Shown piece by piece: positions 26,263-39,236 of a DNA stretch of 64,000 nt; within the stretch, counting starts at the first letter, position 1, and every line of letters starts with the position of its first letter. The position numbers and the translations under genes were made by a program. The stretch is from positions 1,898,167 to 1,962,166 of the forward strand of contig MU058451.1 in NCBI GenBank assembly GCA_013265495.1, read 5' to 3'. This DNA comes from Vicugna vicugna. Lineage: Eukaryota. The notes beneath the pieces are model-generated. The model was given only the letters and a program-made list of their open reading frames with translations. It searched no databases and was not told where the DNA came from.

Positions 26263-26944
26263 TATTTTTTTCCATTACTACCAAATTTACAATGTACTAA
26301 ACTTACTTTGATTTCTTTTAGAAATTAGAAGCTAAAGAAATAAAACATGAAGCTTGATTATAATGATGTATTGATGCATATACCCTTCAACCCACAGTCA
26401 GCCAGGACCTTTTATGGTTCCACATTTAGATTCTAGTCTGCCCAGTCATAGTCTCTGAAATTGTGAAAAATGAGTTTTTAGCTGGTAAAATATGTATTTT
26501 ATGGTAAGAAATGATCACTATATTTTATAGACTCTCTATATAATGTTATTAACCCCATTCCAGGAAACAAACCCCAAGCTGGTTTTAAGTGTAAATACTT
26601 AGAATCCAACCTACTTTTTATTACCTAGAACTATTCAGACAAGAGAAGTAATACTTTAGACCCAAAAATCATGATACACCTTTAAAAGACTTTTCTAATA
26701 TGTAGACTTGGCACATGCAAAAAAGTAATACATATGTACATTTTAAAAATGTAATAATAAATTGAAGACCCATGAACCCCCCCCCCAATTCCACTGGAAG
26801 CCAGACTCACCCCAGTCATACAGCTTATTTATCTACCTCGAGAGGAAATGAACCACCCTGTGTTAAACACTCTATGTATATCACCTCATTTAATCTGCCC
26901 AGCATTCCTATGCATGGATATTAACATCTCCTTACCATGTTATA

Positions 26945-27615
26945 AATAAACTAAAGGATTAAAAATCTTGTAGAGAATTTTAAGCCCTCTCCCCAGGTAT
27001 GGGCTATACACAGTGACTTCCTCCTGATGCCTACAGTACAGAAAGAGGAAAAAGGTCTAATCATACAGTGGAGAATTCTGATAAACACTGTCTCAGCCAG
27101 GTGATCCAGGTCAGCATCAGTGGTGATAAGTCATGTCACTTATATATACCCTTGATATGATGTGATGAGAATGGCATTTTTCCTCCATGGCCTTCTTCCC
27201 AAAAATCCATAATCCCTGCCTAATTGGAAGAGAAGCTGTCAGCAATCCGCAACTGAGGGATGTTCTGCAAAACACCTGACGAGTACTCCTCAAAACTAGC
27301 AAAGTCGTCAAAAACAAGGAAAGTCTAAGAAGCTGTCACAACCAAGAAGAGACTAAGAAGATATGACAACTAAAGACAATATGGGACCCTGAAAACAGGA
27401 CATTAGATAAAAACTAAGGAAACCTGAATAAGCTATGGACTTTAGTTCATAATAATATATAAGCATTGCTTCGTTTATTGTAACAAAGGTACATACTAAT
27501 GTAAGACATTAGTAATAAGGGAAGTGGAGTTTAGGATGTATGGGGACTCTACTGTCATTGCAATTTTTCTGTTAATCTAAAGTGTTCTAAAAATATATAG
27601 TTTATTTTTTAAATT
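26945..27615 (+). mobile_element. L1MD/L1MC-type 3' UTR
   Basis: 'ctcagccaggtgatcc...gtgataagtcatg...gatatgatgtgatgagaatggca...aaaacaaggaaagtct'. Confidence 0.88.
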
Positions 27616-27619
27616 ACAT

Positions 27620-28505
27620 TAAAAAGGCAAAAAACAATTTGATCAGACACTGCACCGAAAAGGGCATATGAATGACAAATAAGCACATGAAAAGATGCCC
27701 AGTGCCTTTGTTCATTAGGGAAAATACACATAAAACCACAATCAGGTACTACTAGACACTAACTGGAATGGCTGAAATAAACAATTCTGACAACAGCAAG
27801 TGCTGACGAAGATGCAGAGCAGCTGGAACGCTTCTCCATTGCCGGTGGAAAAGCAAGATCGTTCAGGCACTCTGAAAAACAATTTGGAAGTTATGTTACT
27901 GTGTGATTCTGTTTATGTGACATTTGATAAAAGACAGAACTGCAGCAATAGAGATCAGATCAATTTTTCCATGTGCTCGGGTTAGGCGGGGGCGGTTTGC
28001 GGATGGCGTCGCTGCAAAGTGTTAATACTGCAGGATGATGGGGCTGTTCTGTGTCCTGTCTGTGTTGGTGGTTGCATGAATACAGTGGTGTCTCAGTATC
28101 CATGAGGATTGGTTCCAAGACCCCCTCAGATTCCAAAACCTGCAGATGCTTAAGTCCCTAATATCAAATGGTGTAGTATTTGCATGTAACCTACATACAT
28201 CCTCTCACGTACTTTAAATCATCTCCAGATTTCTTACAATTCCTAATACAATGTAAATGTTATGTAAATATTTGTAAATACAATGTAAATGCTACATAAA
28301 TAGTTGCCAGCATGAGGCAAATTTAAGTTTTGCTTTTAGGAACTTTCTGGAATTTTTTTTCCTGGAATATTTTAGACCCACAGTTGGTTGAATCAGCAGA
28401 TGTGGAACTCAAGGATACAGAGGGCCGACTGCATACACGTGTGAAAACTTATCAAACTGATCCACAAAACAAACCTCATTTGACTGTTATTAATTTGAAA
28501 CAACT
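27620..28505 (+). mobile_element. L1ME-type fragment, interrupted by MER2B
   Basis: 'atgacaaataagcacatgaaaagatgc...aaaccacaatcaggtactac...ggtggttgcatgaa' resumes with 'tacacgtgtgaaaacttatcaaactg'. Confidence 0.75.
28083..28431. mobile_element. MER2B Tigger MITE
   Basis: TA|cagtggtgtctcagtatccatgaggattggttccaagacccc ... ggatacagagggccgactg. Confidence 0.9.
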
Positions 28506-29359
28506 AAAAAGCGAGACACTCCAGAGAACCAGCCTATCCTTATGAAAAAAAAAAGGGGGCTTTTATAGAGAGTGGCCCATCTGAAAGCAGGAAAGCCTGA
28601 GCCTCCACAACAAAAGGAACAAAAGGCAGAGACGTTTGTGGTCCTGATGCATGGACATCATCCTTCCAGAAGAGGCTGAGACCACGCGGTGGCTGTCAGT
28701 TACATCATGGAGGATTTTTCCTTGTGCGGTCAGTGAAACCCCTGAAAGAGATTTCTTATCATTCAAACATAACCAAAAAGTCTAACTTGATGCTAGTATG
28801 GTTTTCACCAGGTCCTTATTCAGCTAATACATCAGCCTCTCATATAGCAATTTATTTCTCAGAGGGATTTGGTGTGGGTGTTTTAATATTGTTGTGAAAG
28901 TTTTGTATCCGTTAAGCTTCCTGCTATTTTTTAGGGGTGTCCGCACTGAATTTTGAGCACAGCCTTACCTGCAAATGGGTGTGTAATACTTACCTTAATT
29001 CAGTGCTGGTGTTGAAAGTGTGTGACTGCCTGTGGATGTAGGTACAGGGATTAAACAAAATAGAATAAAGAGAGGAATGGACGTGTGACTATCACGGCTC
29101 TTCCCGGGGAAAATGGCTTTACGGTATAAGGCAAAACAAGCTTATCCATATGATTTGAATCATTCAAACTGCCGCAGTATCAATGTCTACACTAATTAAT
29201 GAAGTGAAAGGAGGAATGGTGGCCCCAGGTTGGCCAGACCAGGATCCCTTGGGAAAGGGGCCCCGGCCCCAGTGACAGGAATGGAGCTGGTGTCCAGGAG
29301 GCATTTCTTTCTCCTGCTGTGAGATTATAGACCCATGGAGGATGGGGACTCTTTCTCCT

Positions 29360-29465
29360 GGAAGAAAACATTTACAAATCATCAAACCTAGCAAAAGACT
29401 TGTATCCAGAATATGCAGAGAATTCTTAAAACTCAACAACAATTAAACACACTTAGTTAAAAGAG
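29360..29465 (+). mobile_element. L1 ORF2 remnant
   Basis: 'aaagacttgtatccagaatatgcagagaattcttaaaactcaacaac'. Confidence 0.75.
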
Positions 29466-29859
29466 AGGTGGACTGAAAAGAACCTGGGTCCCTTGGGCCT
29501 CCTGTAACACCACAGCTAAGAAAGGTCGGGAGGGTCAATGGTTAAACCCTCTGTTAAGTGCCTTATAACCCAGAAAGGGATCATGGCTCATTCATCAAGA
29601 AGAGCTGTAAGGCGGCCCCAGCTTGAGCAGAACGCCTGTGTTTAAAAGACTGTAGTCACTGATTAGTTAGCAGAGAGATGCCCACAGGATCACTGCCGCT
29701 CCCTTCTGAAGCATGGTCGGCGCCAGCAAGGGCCCAACGGTGTCATCGTGCCCCGGAGGCAGCCTGCTACGGTGAGGCTGGCAAGCTCTCAGCGGCCAGG
29801 TTGTCTTGGGCTGGACTCCAAGGCCTGCCCCTTAGTAGCCGTCTACCCTGGCAAAGGGA

Positions 29860-29995
29860 AGGCTTCTGAACCTCAGCTTCTGGATCCTAAAGTGAGGAAA
29901 ATACAACCTGTGACACAGAGTTGATGTGAAAATAAAGGTGATGATGTATGTGAGGCCTAGCGCATCTCTGCCAGGCACTCAGTGGTAGCAGGAAT
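29860..29995 (+). mobile_element. MIR fragment
   Basis: 'ctgaacctcagcttc...agagttgatgtgaaaataaaggtgatgatgtatgtga'. Confidence 0.65.
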
Positions 29996-30252
29996 CATTT
30001 ATAAGGCAGCGGCTTTATCTGCAGGCGGGGTGAGTAAACCTTTGGACCTGCTGTCCACAGACTTGCGCCAAAGAAGTGCTGAAGAGACCACAGATGGGGC
30101 GGGAAGGGAACTGATGTCTGCAGAGAGCAGCTGGTGGAGGAAGGGGGCCTGGGAGGTGTAGACCACCGAACATACACCCAGCTCCAGAAGGTTCCTGGGC
30201 TGGAATGCATCGCAGAGAGCCTGCACCTCTGGTGATGGAGAGTGTTACCTGC

Positions 30253-30729
30253 TGTATCAGTTTTGTAGAGTGGCAGAAACAAGGTACCACAAACTATATG
30301 ACCTAAAACAACAGAAATTTATTTTTTTCACGATTTTGGAAGCAAGAAGGCCAAAATTAAGGTGTCAGCAGGGCCCTGCTCCCTCTGAAACCTGTAGAAG
30401 AAGAAAGGTCCTTGCCTCTGCTGGCTTCTGATGGCTTGCTGGCAATCTTTGACATTCCCTGGACTACAGATGCATCAGTGCAATTCTCTGTCCTGACGTG
30501 GCCTTCTCCCTGTGTGTCTCCACAGTGTTTTCCATCAGTGTGGGTCTGATTCTGTGTCCAAATTGCTTCTTTTTATAAGGACATCTGGATGACGACTCAC
30601 CCTAATGACCTTGTTTCAACTTGATGACCTCCTTAAAGACCCTATTTCTAAATAAGGTGACATTCTGAGGTAGTGAGCGTTAAGACTTCAACAAATACTT
30701 TTCTAGGGGGCACAATTCAACCTTAAACG
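30253..30729 (-). mobile_element. MLT1C-type MaLR solo LTR
   Basis: 'tgtatcagtttt...taccacaaact...aaaacaacagaaatttatt...aaggtgtcagcagggcc...aaagaccctatttctaaataagg...cacaattcaacc'. Confidence 0.9.
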
Positions 30730-31489
30730 TCTAGTTATGTGAGTCAGAGGCCTTAGTTGTCACTTTGTACTTACAAGTAGGAGATTGCTACTTGCTCTAC
30801 AAAGCAAATGTTCTGGCTTTCTTGAGCCAAAAGAAAGGCTCCATTGTTGAGATTCAGTGAAAAGGGAAGCTTTCATCCATCAAACCCAGCTCCTGACTTA
30901 CCACACCGTCTCGGTGTCTGCTGTGTGAGGGTCGGGGAGGAGTGTGGAATGGGTAGCGTCTTCATCCCACAGAGGCCCACTGAGGAAGCCTGTCCAGCAG
31001 TCCTGCCCAGCTGGAGAGAGCTGCCTCCTGTAACCTCCAGCAGCTGGACGGGTTATGCCAACTTGCAGGCCAGGACTGCCAGAAAATTCTTGGTCTTCTT
31101 ACAATGGACTCAGCCCAGAAGCGGGCAATGTAACGCTCATGTGCTGGGAAGAGGCCCAGCCCATTGTGGGCCGGAGGGGTTCCCCAGGCTGCACAGTCAG
31201 GGCCATGCCCTGAAGCACCTGGGAAGCAGGGAGCAGCCTTCTGGGAAACAAGTGGCCTATGTCACTGCATAGGCCAGTGAGTTGCTGGGGGTCAGTGGCT
31301 CCCCCTCCCATCCTGCCATTGCTCTTTTTCCCATTCTGTTGCCCTGTGCCCCCATTCCATCCCTCTACCCTAATCCCCAGTTATCCTTCATGCGAAGCAC
31401 TGCCTGTGTGGTCTCTTACACCAGTATCCCATGTGCACGTAAGCTGGGTGATTTCTGTCACAGAGCTGACACGAGGACTGTCGTTGAGA

Positions 31490-31682
31490 GCCTTGGCTCA
31501 TGACGTTGGCTGCACATTTGAATCACTTGGAGAGTTTTTAAAATTTCAATACCTCGGCCTCCCCCAAACTAATTGCAACAGAAGGTTGGGGATCAGATCC
31601 CAGCATCAGTATTTTTCAAAGTTTCCTTTGATTTGGAATATTTCATTCCAATGTTTGGCCAAAGTTAAATCCCACAGATTTA
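31490..31682. mobile_element. MER5B-type MITE
   Basis: 'ttggctgcacatttgaatcacttggagagtttttaaaa...cagcatcagtatttttcaaagtttcc'. Confidence 0.7.
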
Positions 31683-31759
31683 ACGGGAAGCCGGGTAAAG
31701 GGGCTAAGTTACTCATCCAGCTATGGCGTCCAACCCTTCCAGTAGCTAAGTTAGAGTCA

Positions 31760-32700
31760 CCGCAGTAGGTCAGGTAGGGGAGGAGCCAAGCAGTTCGGGC
31801 TGGAGAGGTGAGGCAGCTTCGGGCAGTCATGAAAGGTGAGGTCAACAGAGCTTGGGGAAACTGATAGGAAGTTAAAAAAGGAAGGAGCCCCAGTAAAACC
31901 CAGGTTTCAGGTTCTATTAAATCAGTATGAGAAAGGCAAGGAGAGGGGAAAACTGAGTTGGGGTTTGGATGTGTTGAATGTCATGTGCTTCTGGAGCTAT
32001 CCAGAGGGCAGTGTCAGATGCTCGGGAGAGACGTGGGCCAGAGAGTTTATTTGGGAATCATTGGCATAAAATGACACCTAAAGCTGTAGGGGCCAGTGAG
32101 ATTGTCTTGAGAAGGCAGGTGGAGCGGGCAGGGCAGAGCGCTGGCCAGCACAGGCAGGGCAGAAGGCAAGCGGCCAGCAAAGCAGCCTGAGAAGTTGTAA
32201 GTGTAAAAGGAGAGCCAGGAGAGTGTCACAAAAGACAGACGAGCAGACACGGGCAGGAAGAAAACTGATGAGCCGGTCGGATGAGAATGCTAGATCAGGT
32301 GTCATGTTTATTGAATTTGGCAACATGGTGGTCAAGGGTGACTTGACCAGGCCAGACCATTTTAGCAGGGCAGTGGTGGCAGGACCCTGACCACAATGAG
32401 GCTGAAGAGGGAAATAAGGAAATACAGACGGCAAGTGTAAATGACTCTTCTGAAAAATCGGCTGTGGGTAGAAAGAGAGGTACTCAGTTGTAGCTGGAGA
32501 AGAATGCAGAATTCAGGGAAGGAAGACAGAGAGAGAGAGAGTATGTGTGTAAGCTACAGGAATCAGTACAAGGCAGAGATTGAAATTCCAAGAAAGAGGA
32601 TGCGTAATCAATATATCAAGATTCTGAGTGGGAGAGAGGGGATGGTATCTGGAGAGCTTTGAGCCAGAGGGACACCTTTGATCTGCTTATTTTTTTGTGT
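31760..32700 (-). mobile_element. Long L2 fragment (may extend to about 33300)
   Basis: Purine-rich; 'gagttggggtttggatgtgttga...atttgggaatcattggcata...ttgaatttggcaacatgg...gtgacttgacc'. Confidence 0.75.
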
Positions 32701-35084
32701 GTTTGTGAGCGCAGAGAAACGAGAAAGTTTTCTCTAAGGAAGGGTATGGAATAAAAACATTTTCATTTGACCTTTTCCCTATAGGAGGCCAGGGTTGGTG
32801 CAGTGGGGGCTGGTGCTGATGTCGGGGTACTGAGAGCGGAGGGAAATGAGACTGCCAGACACAGAAGGAGCCAAGGAGTGAGTGAGAGCTGCATCCCAAC
32901 AAGTGCAGAGTTTCAAGTTCAAGGAAGTCAAGAGCGGTCTTCAAGTTCAAAAGTTATGAGTGGGGCCAAGGCCACTATACTAAGCCGACCCCGTCAGGTG
33001 CCCTTTGGGATGCACATGCTGTGGAGGGAAAACAGTAAAGATACAGCAGCAAGAGTCCTGGGAGCTGAGGCTTTCCTAGCCATCACCTGGGTCATCATCA
33101 GATTGGGAGACTGAACAAGGCAGGACTCATGGTGTCTGTTGAGAAAAAGGGAACAGGAGTTTGGTAAGGAGGCTGGAGGAGAGCAGTAAAGCTTTGGAAT
33201 GTCACTGAGAACAGAAAAGGAAGGTGATGAAGGACGAGTGAAAAAGAGTGGTCCAGCTGAAATCACAGACTAGAAATCTGTAGCAGTGTCAGCCCTGGCA
33301 GGTGAGTTATTGTCTCCATTTGTGCTCAGCAGCCCGAGGACAGTAGCAAACAAACAGCACTGTGAAACCACTCGTGCTGGGCAGGTGTGGCGGACGTCCA
33401 GGGCCCAGGCAGTCGAGGAGGCTGGAAAAGGAATGAGTCAAATAGGTGCAAAAGCAAAGTTTATAAACAGAGATAGAAACATAACTGTATAATCATAGAG
33501 CTAATGAATAACTCATAATATGGAAGTTAACCTAAGCCTATTTTTAGATGGCACTTTTCTACTTTCTAAGAGTAAAGTCTCCTGTTCTCTCCACTCAAGG
33601 AGATCGTCTTGCTCCAGGTTCAATACACAGACCTCTCAGTTGCCATTTTTCTCTCTCAAAAGACAAATGTTTTACCCTCTTGTGGTGGCAGGTAGACAGA
33701 GACACAGCTGAAGTTCTGGAGGTACTTTCGCAGTGATTAAATCGTGATTGAGTTGGCAGTCACCGAAAACTCAGAACCCACAGTTCCATATTTTTGGAAG
33801 GAAGCACATGGGTTATTTCCCCTGGGAGTTCCATTAATGGAGAAAAAAACACAACTCCACAAACTAAACTGGTTTGACATTTACTTAAAATATACCAAGT
33901 GTTATTTATCTGGATTATCTTATTACATGGCCTAGGTCTGCCAGATAATTAAAGGGCAGCTGGAAAACGAGGATCAAATCATGGCGGTATCTTCCAGGAA
34001 GAACGTTTAGGGCTCCCTCCCCTTTGTTTGATGAGCTTGGTCTGAACTAATGAAAGTATTGTGTTGGGGCCAGGAGGGGATACAGTGGGAACAGAAGGGG
34101 AGGTTGCTTTCCCTCTTGTTTTAAAAAGAGCTTTTGTTTATTCTGGTAAGTAAAAGAGTTGGCAGGATAGAGAGAAGGATATGAATCTTTTTAGTTTTAA
34201 TAGAAAAAAATTTCATTCTTGGCTCATGTATTCTCTTTTATGACATTATATTGCATTATGAAGTATGGAAATGAAACTCACCCTGGGGAATAAAGAATGC
34301 TACCTCCCTATGTTTTTATTGGAAATTAAGATATATAATATATTAATGAGAATTTATGGGGGAAAAAAAACCCTGGAGATTCTGGGAAGAATCCTGCAAA
34401 GCAGCATGCCTCCTGCAGACAAGCAATAAATATTAATCGATGAGGTCATGAGAATTTAAATTTGGTTCTCTGCTCCAACTCTGCTGCCTTCTTTCTCCTA
34501 CCACAGCTACCTAAAATTAAGCAGCCACAGTGTTCAGGGCTTTGAACGGACCATATGTTTCTGTCTTTGTGTGGAATTAACCAAACTACAACATGGCTAA
34601 TTTGGAAAGCTGGGATCCACGTCGTTTCTTCAAAATGAGCAAATCACCACGCCTGTCTTTGGAAGAGGTCAGTATAGGGAGGGTATGATTGGGCATTGCC
34701 CAGTTCTCAGTGGCATCACTACGAGCAGGTGGCCCATTAGGCAACTGTACTCATGAGAGGATTCGCCAGGAACCTTTTCAGGATTAGCTGGTTGTCCAAA
34801 GGCCGGGGTGATGACTGGATACCTGAGTGAGGCCAGATCAGGGGCCAAACCATCAGAATTCAGATAAGGTTACCAATGTCGCAGGTGGAAACAGAGAAAT
34901 TCAGCATGGCTGGGGTGGAGCGTCGGCAGTTTGGACAGCCTCTGCCTAAAACAAGTGGATCAGTAGTCCCCATAGTCAGCTCAGATGCATGCCTTCTTGA
35001 CTTCTTCTGGCTTTTTTCTTCTCTGGGGGCTTTATAAGGTCCCCTTTACAAAGATAAAGGCAAGCTGGTATATGGAAACGTCTG

Positions 35085-35280
35085 GATGTCATGGGAGGTC
35101 TAAGGTTTGGAGCCAGACCAAACCAGGTTGAATCTCAGCTTAAGCACTAACGACCTTCAAGAGCTTGAGTGAACTGACCTCCATTTTCCTAACAAGAAGC
35201 AGGGACCATGATGCCTAGCTGTCAGGTTGTCGTGAGCATTAAATGAGGTAATGTACGAAAGCAGCTAGGACACAGGAATT
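35085..35280 (+). mobile_element. MIR SINE
   Basis: 'tttggagccagacc...ttgaatctcagc...ggttgtcgtgagcattaaatgaggtaatgtacgaaagc'. Confidence 0.75.
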
Positions 35281-35406
35281 TCTGAATATTTTTCTCTTTC
35301 CCTTTCATGAGTAAACATTCAAAAAGCCTGGATGATATAGGCCTATCCTGAAATCCTCATTTTTCAAATAGAGGAAGTCAAGCATTCCCTTGCTTAAGGC
35401 CTCAGG

Positions 35407-35582
35407 ATGTGGTTCTCAGATTTGGTCCCTGCACCAGTAGCAACAGCCTCACCTCGGACCTTGGGCCCCATCCTGGACCTACTGGATCAGAAACTCATGA
35501 TTAGAGATCAGAAACCCAGCAACCTGTGTTTTACCAGCCTTCCAGCTGATCTGCTGTGGGCTAAAGTTTGAAAACTGTTGTA
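35407..35582. mobile_element. MER5A MITE
   Basis: 'gtggttctcag...ccccatcctggacctactggatcagaaactc...aacctgtgttttaccagcc...ctaaagtttgaaaac'. Confidence 0.8.
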
Positions 35583-35929
35583 TTAGCATAAATCAGGTCA
35601 GTAACTCACAGTGTACAGCAGGTAGAGAGCTCACAGGCCTCAGGTGAACAGTTTGTATGAAATACAGAATCATCCTTTCTTCCCCAGATGCACCGGGCGT
35701 TGGCAATGCTTTACTTTGAGCTGTGCAGGGTTGCCGTCAGCTGGAGTCCACATCATGATGGCACCTAAGTCCTGAACTTGGGAGAGCAGTCATTCCCAAA
35801 ATTCTTTCTGCTGTGAGACCGTTAGTTCAGTTACCTATCTCTATCAGATGTAAGAAACAAAATATAGAACTCATTACCTCCCTGTTGCATGAAGCCAGTT
35901 CTTTTTTTTTTTCATAAACAGGAAGAGAA

Positions 35930-36560
35930 TTTTTTCATTTTATTGAGATATAACTGACCTATAGCATTGAATAAGTTTAAAATATACAACATAATGGTTT
36001 GATATGTGTCTATGTTGTGAAATGATTACCACAGTAAGACTAGATAACATCATCACCATATATTGTTTAGAAAATATCTTTTTCTTGTGATGAGAACCTT
36101 TAAGATCTCTTATCTCTTGTTTTTTTGTTTCTTTTTAGGTTCCACATATAAGTGATATTGTATGGTATTTTTCTTTATCTTTCTGGCTTACTTCACTTAC
36201 TATGACAATCTCCAAGTCCATCCATGTTGCTGCAAATGGCATTCTTTTATTCTTTTTATGGCAGAGTAGTATTCCATTGTATAAATATACCACATCTTCT
36301 TTATCTAGTCAGCAGTCGATGGATATTCAGGTCGCTTACTGGAGAGCACATCGATTTCTATTCAATACCTTGTAATGACCTGTAGTGAAAAAGAATATGA
36401 AAAAGAACATATATACGTGTATATATTCACTATGCTGTACACCAGAAATTAACACAATGTTGTAGATCGACTATACTTCAATTTAAAAAAAATCTATTCT
36501 CTTAACAACTTTTAAATATACAATACAGTATTGTTAACTATAGTCATCACATTGTACAAA
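35930..36560 (-). mobile_element. Older L1 (L1MA9-like) 3' end, split by a younger inverted L1
   Basis: 'ttttattgagatataactgac...gtgatgagaacctttaagatct' continues after the insert as 'ctcttaacaacttttaaatatacaatacagtattgttaactatagtc'. Confidence 0.85.
36112..36490 (+). mobile_element. Younger L1 with 5' inversion
   Basis: Antisense L1 segment at about 36112-36340 joined to a sense 3' tip at about 36341-36490 ending 'ctatacttcaatttaaaaaa'. Confidence 0.85.
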
Positions 36561-37550
36561 CCGAAGCCATTTCTTACTGGGCATTGTCACCCTCCTTCCC
36601 TTCCTCCTCACTATATTTGATGACTGAATATCAAACTGACCACTGGGTAACTTGAGATGCTTCCAACCATTGCAAAACCTTAGAGTCTCAAAAATAGTCA
36701 TGACTCTGGACAGCAGCACCCCAGAGAACAAGCTTCCGAGAGGTCCTGGATAGTTCAGCCTGGGGATTAGGAGGAGTGGGACCAATTTACGATTGATGAC
36801 TTCTGCAGTCCAGCCCCGCTCTACCCCCTGCGCCCAGTCCTGTGGGCCCTGTGTTGGGTGCCGCCTCACTGTAGGACTTTGAAATGACTTCTCAGCAGGT
36901 ATCTGTCATACTTTGGATTAACTGCACACCTGCTTCCTCTGCCTCACTGTCTCTTTCCATGGAAGAGAAAAGCAAAATACAGCCGTGAGCTTGTCGAAAC
37001 ACATGCATCACAAACGAGCTGATTTCAACAACGCCCAAGGAGATTTGGAAAACAAAACCAGCTCTTTCTCTCTTATACACACAGTGGCCACCAAAGGATA
37101 CGCATTGTTCTGTCAAGGTCCAACACTTGCTAGAGTAATTGCTGGAACCTTTAGGGAAGAGAGATCGTGTTTATAATGAGAGAAAAATGGATTAATCAAA
37201 ACTCTAGCCTTCAGCTGTCAGCAGTAGAGTACAATATGTCAATTGGAGTATGAGGTGGCTTTGACAAGAATACCATCTTGCTTGCTTTAGTCAATCCTAT
37301 TTGGAGCAAGCTGATTTAAGCAATGATTTTTTGTCTCCCCAGCAGATGAATGCATCCCAACAAAATCCATTAGCTATGAAAGTTGTGGCATTGATTTTAG
37401 AATAGAATGCTGTTGCAAAAGAAGGAAATCATATTCTAATATCTCCACTGCTAATAGCATGTACCAGCCTCGGGAGAGATCTGTTTCAACCAAGCAGTGT
37501 GGCATGCAGGCAGGACAGCAGCGGGCAAGAGGCAACCATGTCCACCTTAC

Positions 37551-37649
37551 CTTCAGTTCTTGGTAGAGGTTCTGTCCAGGGCCCCAAATTGTCTTTTGGA
37601 CTGTTGGCACATCGCTAGACTTGAGGGAGTGGTCACTTGTTTGGGCCAT
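37551..37649 (-). CDS. Candidate first coding exon of an unidentified transcript (MAQTSDHSLKSSDVPTVQKTIWGPGQNLYQELK)
   Basis: acaATGG Kozak context, upstream in-frame TGA, 33 codons, phase-0 donor AAG|gtaagg, lies in apparently unique DNA; no homolog recognised. Confidence 0.3.
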
Positions 37650-38018
37650 TGTATATAGTCTTAAATTTCATTTGCCTGTGTTTCCTCTTAGTTGAGAAAA
37701 CATGAAGTAGTAATTACAGAATAATCCTATTCAATTCCTGTTTGCTTTTCATGTAGCATTTATTAGGAAAGTACATTTTGAAATTTATCAAGGAAAAAGA
37801 TGAACACTAACCACCTAGTTTGTTTCGTTGCTTTACTGCTGGACAGAGGAATAGAACAGAGTTGGTACCTACTCTGAGGGAACTCCGTAAGATTCATTAG
37901 GATTAATTCCCCAATGAGAAACGACAGAGTAACCCTCCAGCACAGGATTTGCTAACTATGGCAAATACCTAAAGGGGAAGACACTTACCCGTTAGCACCA
38001 TTCAACTGGCATTTTTAA

Positions 38019-38071
38019 AAACTGAACTATCATTGATTTACATTGTTGTGTTAGTTGCAGGTGTACAGCAA
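38019..38071 (-). mobile_element. Ultra-short L1 3' tip
   Basis: 'ttgatttacattgttgtgttagttgcaggtgtacagcaa' between imperfect direct repeats. Confidence 0.8.
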
Positions 38072-38830
38072 ATTTAACTGGTATTTTTAAGTTTATATAC
38101 CTAATGGCTCGCAATTAGGGAATATTCCAAGAATTTATAAGCCAGGAGGAGACTCACGTAATTCTGTATAATTGAGAAGAGATGTGTGTCTAGTCTTCAG
38201 CAAACGTTGTTTCTGGATCCCCGTTGCCTGAAGCCACACTGTGGGAAATGTTGTCTCTAACTTTCCCTCGTAATTGTCCCTGACAGGCAACCCAGCTTCT
38301 GCCATCACGAGGGACTCTTACCAGGGTTGTCTGTTGACACCTTTGTTCCATTGAGGTGATAATTGCCGGGGAAAGTACCTGAACTTGTGACGCCTTCAAA
38401 TGGAATTATCTGATTTCCATCTGTATGTTGTACTGATAAATATGCCATGAGTTTCATCACCTCTGTCCTCTCTGTCAGACTTTATTAAATCAGATATAAT
38501 GGCAAGTTCTCTGCTGATTTCAGTCAATCTGCTTTATGCTCATATATAGTTAAAGAAGATACTTCTTCCCAAACCAGGGTGGGAATAGTCACATCCACAT
38601 CTTGTTCAATTTTAACCTCCTTCTCCCTCAAAGGTATCACAGTTCCAATTATGCAGAGTGTTAGCCATTTCGAGGGTCAGAATAAGTTCAATGGAAAATA
38701 GTCTCTTTCAAGACAGTCTAGAACCTCTTTCTGTAGACTTGAGATGAGCACAAGCAAGCTGATTATTATATAATCAATAATACTGATTAGTATATTTTAA
38801 ATGCATGTGGAATTAAGGCTGTGCTTTATC

Positions 38831-39020
38831 CTGGTGGTTCTCAAACGTGAGCTTGCATCAGAATCACCTTGAGGGGAGTCATTAACACAGATTGCTGGAC
38901 CCCATTCCCAGAATTTCTTAACTCTCTAGGTCGGGGGTGTGGCCTCCAGATTTAAAATTCTAACACATTCCCAGGTGATGCTGACCATTGCTGATCTGGA
39001 ACCTACCCTGTAAGAAGCAT
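38831..39020. mobile_element. MER5A MITE
   Basis: 'gtggttctcaaacgtgagcttgcatcagaatcacc...ttctaacacattcccaggtgatgctg'. Confidence 0.85.
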
Positions 39021-39236
39021 TTTTTAAATTTCTATTTATGTTAATAAGTTAATTGAGCCAGATGTTTTCCACTCTCGTTCTTGAAGTTGCTTCTTGCAAC
39101 ATGGCCTAAGAGCCACATACATTGGAATCACTTGGGATACTTGTGAATAACGAGCGGGACCTGTCCCAGGCTTCTGAATCAGAAGCCCAGTGTGATGGAC
39201 AGGCTTTCTAGGAGATAGCAAGGAACTACCATATAA

